NCBI GenBank assembly: GCA_963924565.1
Contig: OZ004614.1
Location: 26,474,001-26,538,000, forward strand
Length of the DNA: 64,000 bases
From: Ascidiella aspersa
Lineage: Eukaryota
Direction of reading: 5' to 3'
In this document: in pieces, positions 63,101-64,000 of the stretch
Layout: each line of letters begins with the position of its first letter
Numbering within the stretch: position 1 is the stretch's first letter
Translations under genes and position numbers: made by a program
The notes under the pieces: generated by a model
What the model saw: the letters and a program-made list of their open reading frames with translations, nothing else
Database searches by the model: none
What the model was told of the DNA's origin: nothing

Positions 63101-63638
63101 TACCTCGCAATAAAAATACTGTTCAATAAAAGCACTTTTCAATTAAAATACTTTTATATCAAGGTTTCACTTTAAGATTATCGCTTGGCTCGAAATAAGT
63201 TTTGCCAATTATTTTTTAAAGGATAAATAGCTAACGTAAATTTATTTCAAATTATTCTATTTAATTATAAAAAGGTAGTTTATTGAAATATATATTGCCG
63301 TCATGCAGAGATCACAATAAAAAACAGTACTTTAGTGGGATTCGAACTTACGACCATACGAACACGCGACCACTGTCTCACTAACTGTGCTATCAAGTCA
63401 AAACTTGAAATTCCTGGGCACTTCAGCCACACATGCAAGTTCACAACTTGTTGTTCAGGTGGATGGTTTTGTGACCAAGTGTATCCAGTTGTACGAGACG
63501 ACTATTGTGAGGCACGGACTCATGTTGGTCGGACCAACTTGCTCGGGAAAGACAAAGTGCTACAACGTCCTCGCCAAAGGACTCACGCAACTCAAAGGAC
63601 AACCTTCCATCAGCGGCGGAAACTATGAGGCTGTTCAT
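33180..63638 (+). CDS. DNAH1: Dynein axonemal heavy chain 1 (inner-arm type), N-terminus through AAA1 into AAA2; gene continues beyond window end
   Basis: 36 coding exons: 33180-33317, 33910-34005, 34573-34645, 35039-35219, 35680-35969, 36361-36522, 36854-36989, 37387-37509, 37903-38060, 38405-38508, 38970-39080, 39584-39751, 39956-40127, 40599-40803, 41415-41513, 41935-42160, 42614-42816, 54755-54896, 55110-55265, 56565-56763, 56978-57126, 57552-57701, 57891-58058, 58357-58521, 59397-59518, 59588-59693, 59949-60162, 60516-60700, 60758-60840, 60979-61092, 61167-61404, 61641-61811, 62144-62233, 62495-62606, 62878-63092, 63459-63638. DNAH1-type N-terminal motifs [41 protein letters not shown]; linker [26 protein letters not shown]; AAA1 [34 protein letters not shown]; AAA2 GPTCSGKT. 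The first three exons rest on splice phase only. Confidence 0.95.
33333..33599. mobile_element. MITE in the first coding intron of DNAH1
   Basis: TIR core TGGAAAGTATGGCA / TGCCATACTTTCCA; repeated GGGTGCAC; 8-bp TSD TTTGGTGG at 33325-33332 and 33600-33607. Confidence 0.8.
43867..52246 (-). CDS. 5-HT3-receptor-like / nicotinic-type Cys-loop cation channel subunit (non-alpha), complete, 12 exons, ~731 aa, nested antisense in a DNAH1 intron
   Basis: Exons 52246-52078, 51110-50938, 49655-49541, 49164-48977, 48251-48099, 47881-47787, 47519-47399, 47199-47038, 45697-45495, 45249-44854, 44728-44530, 44088-43867 (2196 nt, phases consistent). Signal peptide; LDEKNQVL; WYRVVWKD; [10 protein letters not shown]; Cys loop [15 protein letters not shown]; TFVSW; GEW; M1-M2 [27 protein letters not shown]; M3 [14 protein letters not shown]; M4 [17 protein letters not shown]. 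No vicinal cysteines in loop C. Confidence 0.92.
45722..47063 (-). repeat. 28-bp minisatellite (~48 copies) made of an exon 3' end plus the 5' splice site
   Basis: - strand unit ATCACGATACTGCTCACGTTCATG|GTAA = codons ITILLTFM of the M2 helix plus the donor. The first copy lies in exon 47199-47038. Confidence 0.97.
48230..48689 (-). repeat. 51-bp minisatellite (9 copies) made of a 3' splice site plus the exon 5' end
   Basis: - strand unit AGTGACGTAACAGAGTGTATTGTTGGCAG|GTGTGTCACATGACTTTCGTGT. The last copy supplies the real acceptor and the start of exon 48251-48099 (VCHMTFV). Confidence 0.97.
49246..49345 (+). mobile_element. tRNA-derived SINE copy
   Basis: TAGCTCAGCTGGTAGATCGACAGTCCCGG...GTGAGTTCGAATCCC, colinear with the 22721 copy. 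Confidence 0.7.
56417..56527. repeat. 29-bp tandem repeat (~4 copies) just upstream of a DNAH1 acceptor
   Basis: Unit CTGACTTCATCCATGTGACGTCATCCATC, ending ~37 nt before the exon at 56565. Confidence 0.9.
58519..59221 (+). repeat. 23-bp minisatellite (~30 copies) starting exactly at a DNAH1 donor
   Basis: Unit CAG|GTGATCACGCGCTCATCACG. The first CAG is the last codon of exon 58357-58521. Confidence 0.97.
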
Positions 63639-64000
63639 GTGAGTTTGTAAAGTTGTTCATGTGAGTTGGTAAAGTTGTTCATGTGAGTTTGTAAAGTTGT
63701 TCATGTGAGTTTGTTAAGTTATTCATATGAGTTTGTAAAGTTGTTCATGTGAGTTTATGAAGTTGTTCATGTGAGTTTGTAAAGTTGTTCATGTGAGTTG
63801 GTAAAGTTGTTCATGTGAGTTGGTAAAGTTGTTTATGTGAGTTGGTAAAGTAGTTCATGTGAGTTTATCATTTGTTTATGTGAGTTTGTAAAGTTGTTCA
63901 TGTGAGTTGGTAAAGTTGTTCATGTGAGTTGGTAAAGTTGTTCATGTGAGTTTGTAAAGTTGTTTATGTGAGTTTGTAAAGTTGTTCATGTGAGTTGGTA
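63632..64000 (+). repeat. 22-bp minisatellite (at least 16 copies, truncated by window end) made of an exon end plus donor
   Basis: Unit TGTTCAT|GTGAGTTTGTAAAGT. The first copy overlaps the end of exon 63459-63638. Confidence 0.97.

Overview
Eukaryotic, intron-rich, AT-rich DNA (GT-AG introns, some only ~57-70 nt). Composition and gene content suggest an invertebrate chordate such as an ascidian; this is inference, not proven. Four protein-coding genes can be rebuilt exon by exon with consistent splice phases. (1) The 5' end of a KCNQ/Kv7 potassium channel (- strand, three coding exons, 4327-7792; it continues off the left edge). (2) A complete 7-exon ketohexokinase (- strand, 23525-26276). 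(3) Axonemal dynein heavy chain 1 (+ strand, 36 coding exons from 33180; it continues off the right edge), with an RFX X-box upstream. (4) A complete 12-exon, ~731-aa 5-HT3-receptor-like Cys-loop cation channel nested antisense in a ~12-kb DNAH1 intron, with a ~60-aa two-exon insertion in ligand-binding loop C. Intergenic DNA is full of non-autonomous transposons (hAT-type MITEs with 8-bp TSDs, nested and same-site tandem insertions, GGCGCT-ended fold-back MITEs, tRNA-derived SINEs). The most striking unexplained pattern is that four of the five long minisatellites are tandem amplifications of an exon-intron junction itself (splice site plus exon end), and the fifth abuts an acceptor. About a dozen further junctions carry short degenerate 2-3-copy 'echoes', suggesting a systematic splice-junction-anchored duplication process.
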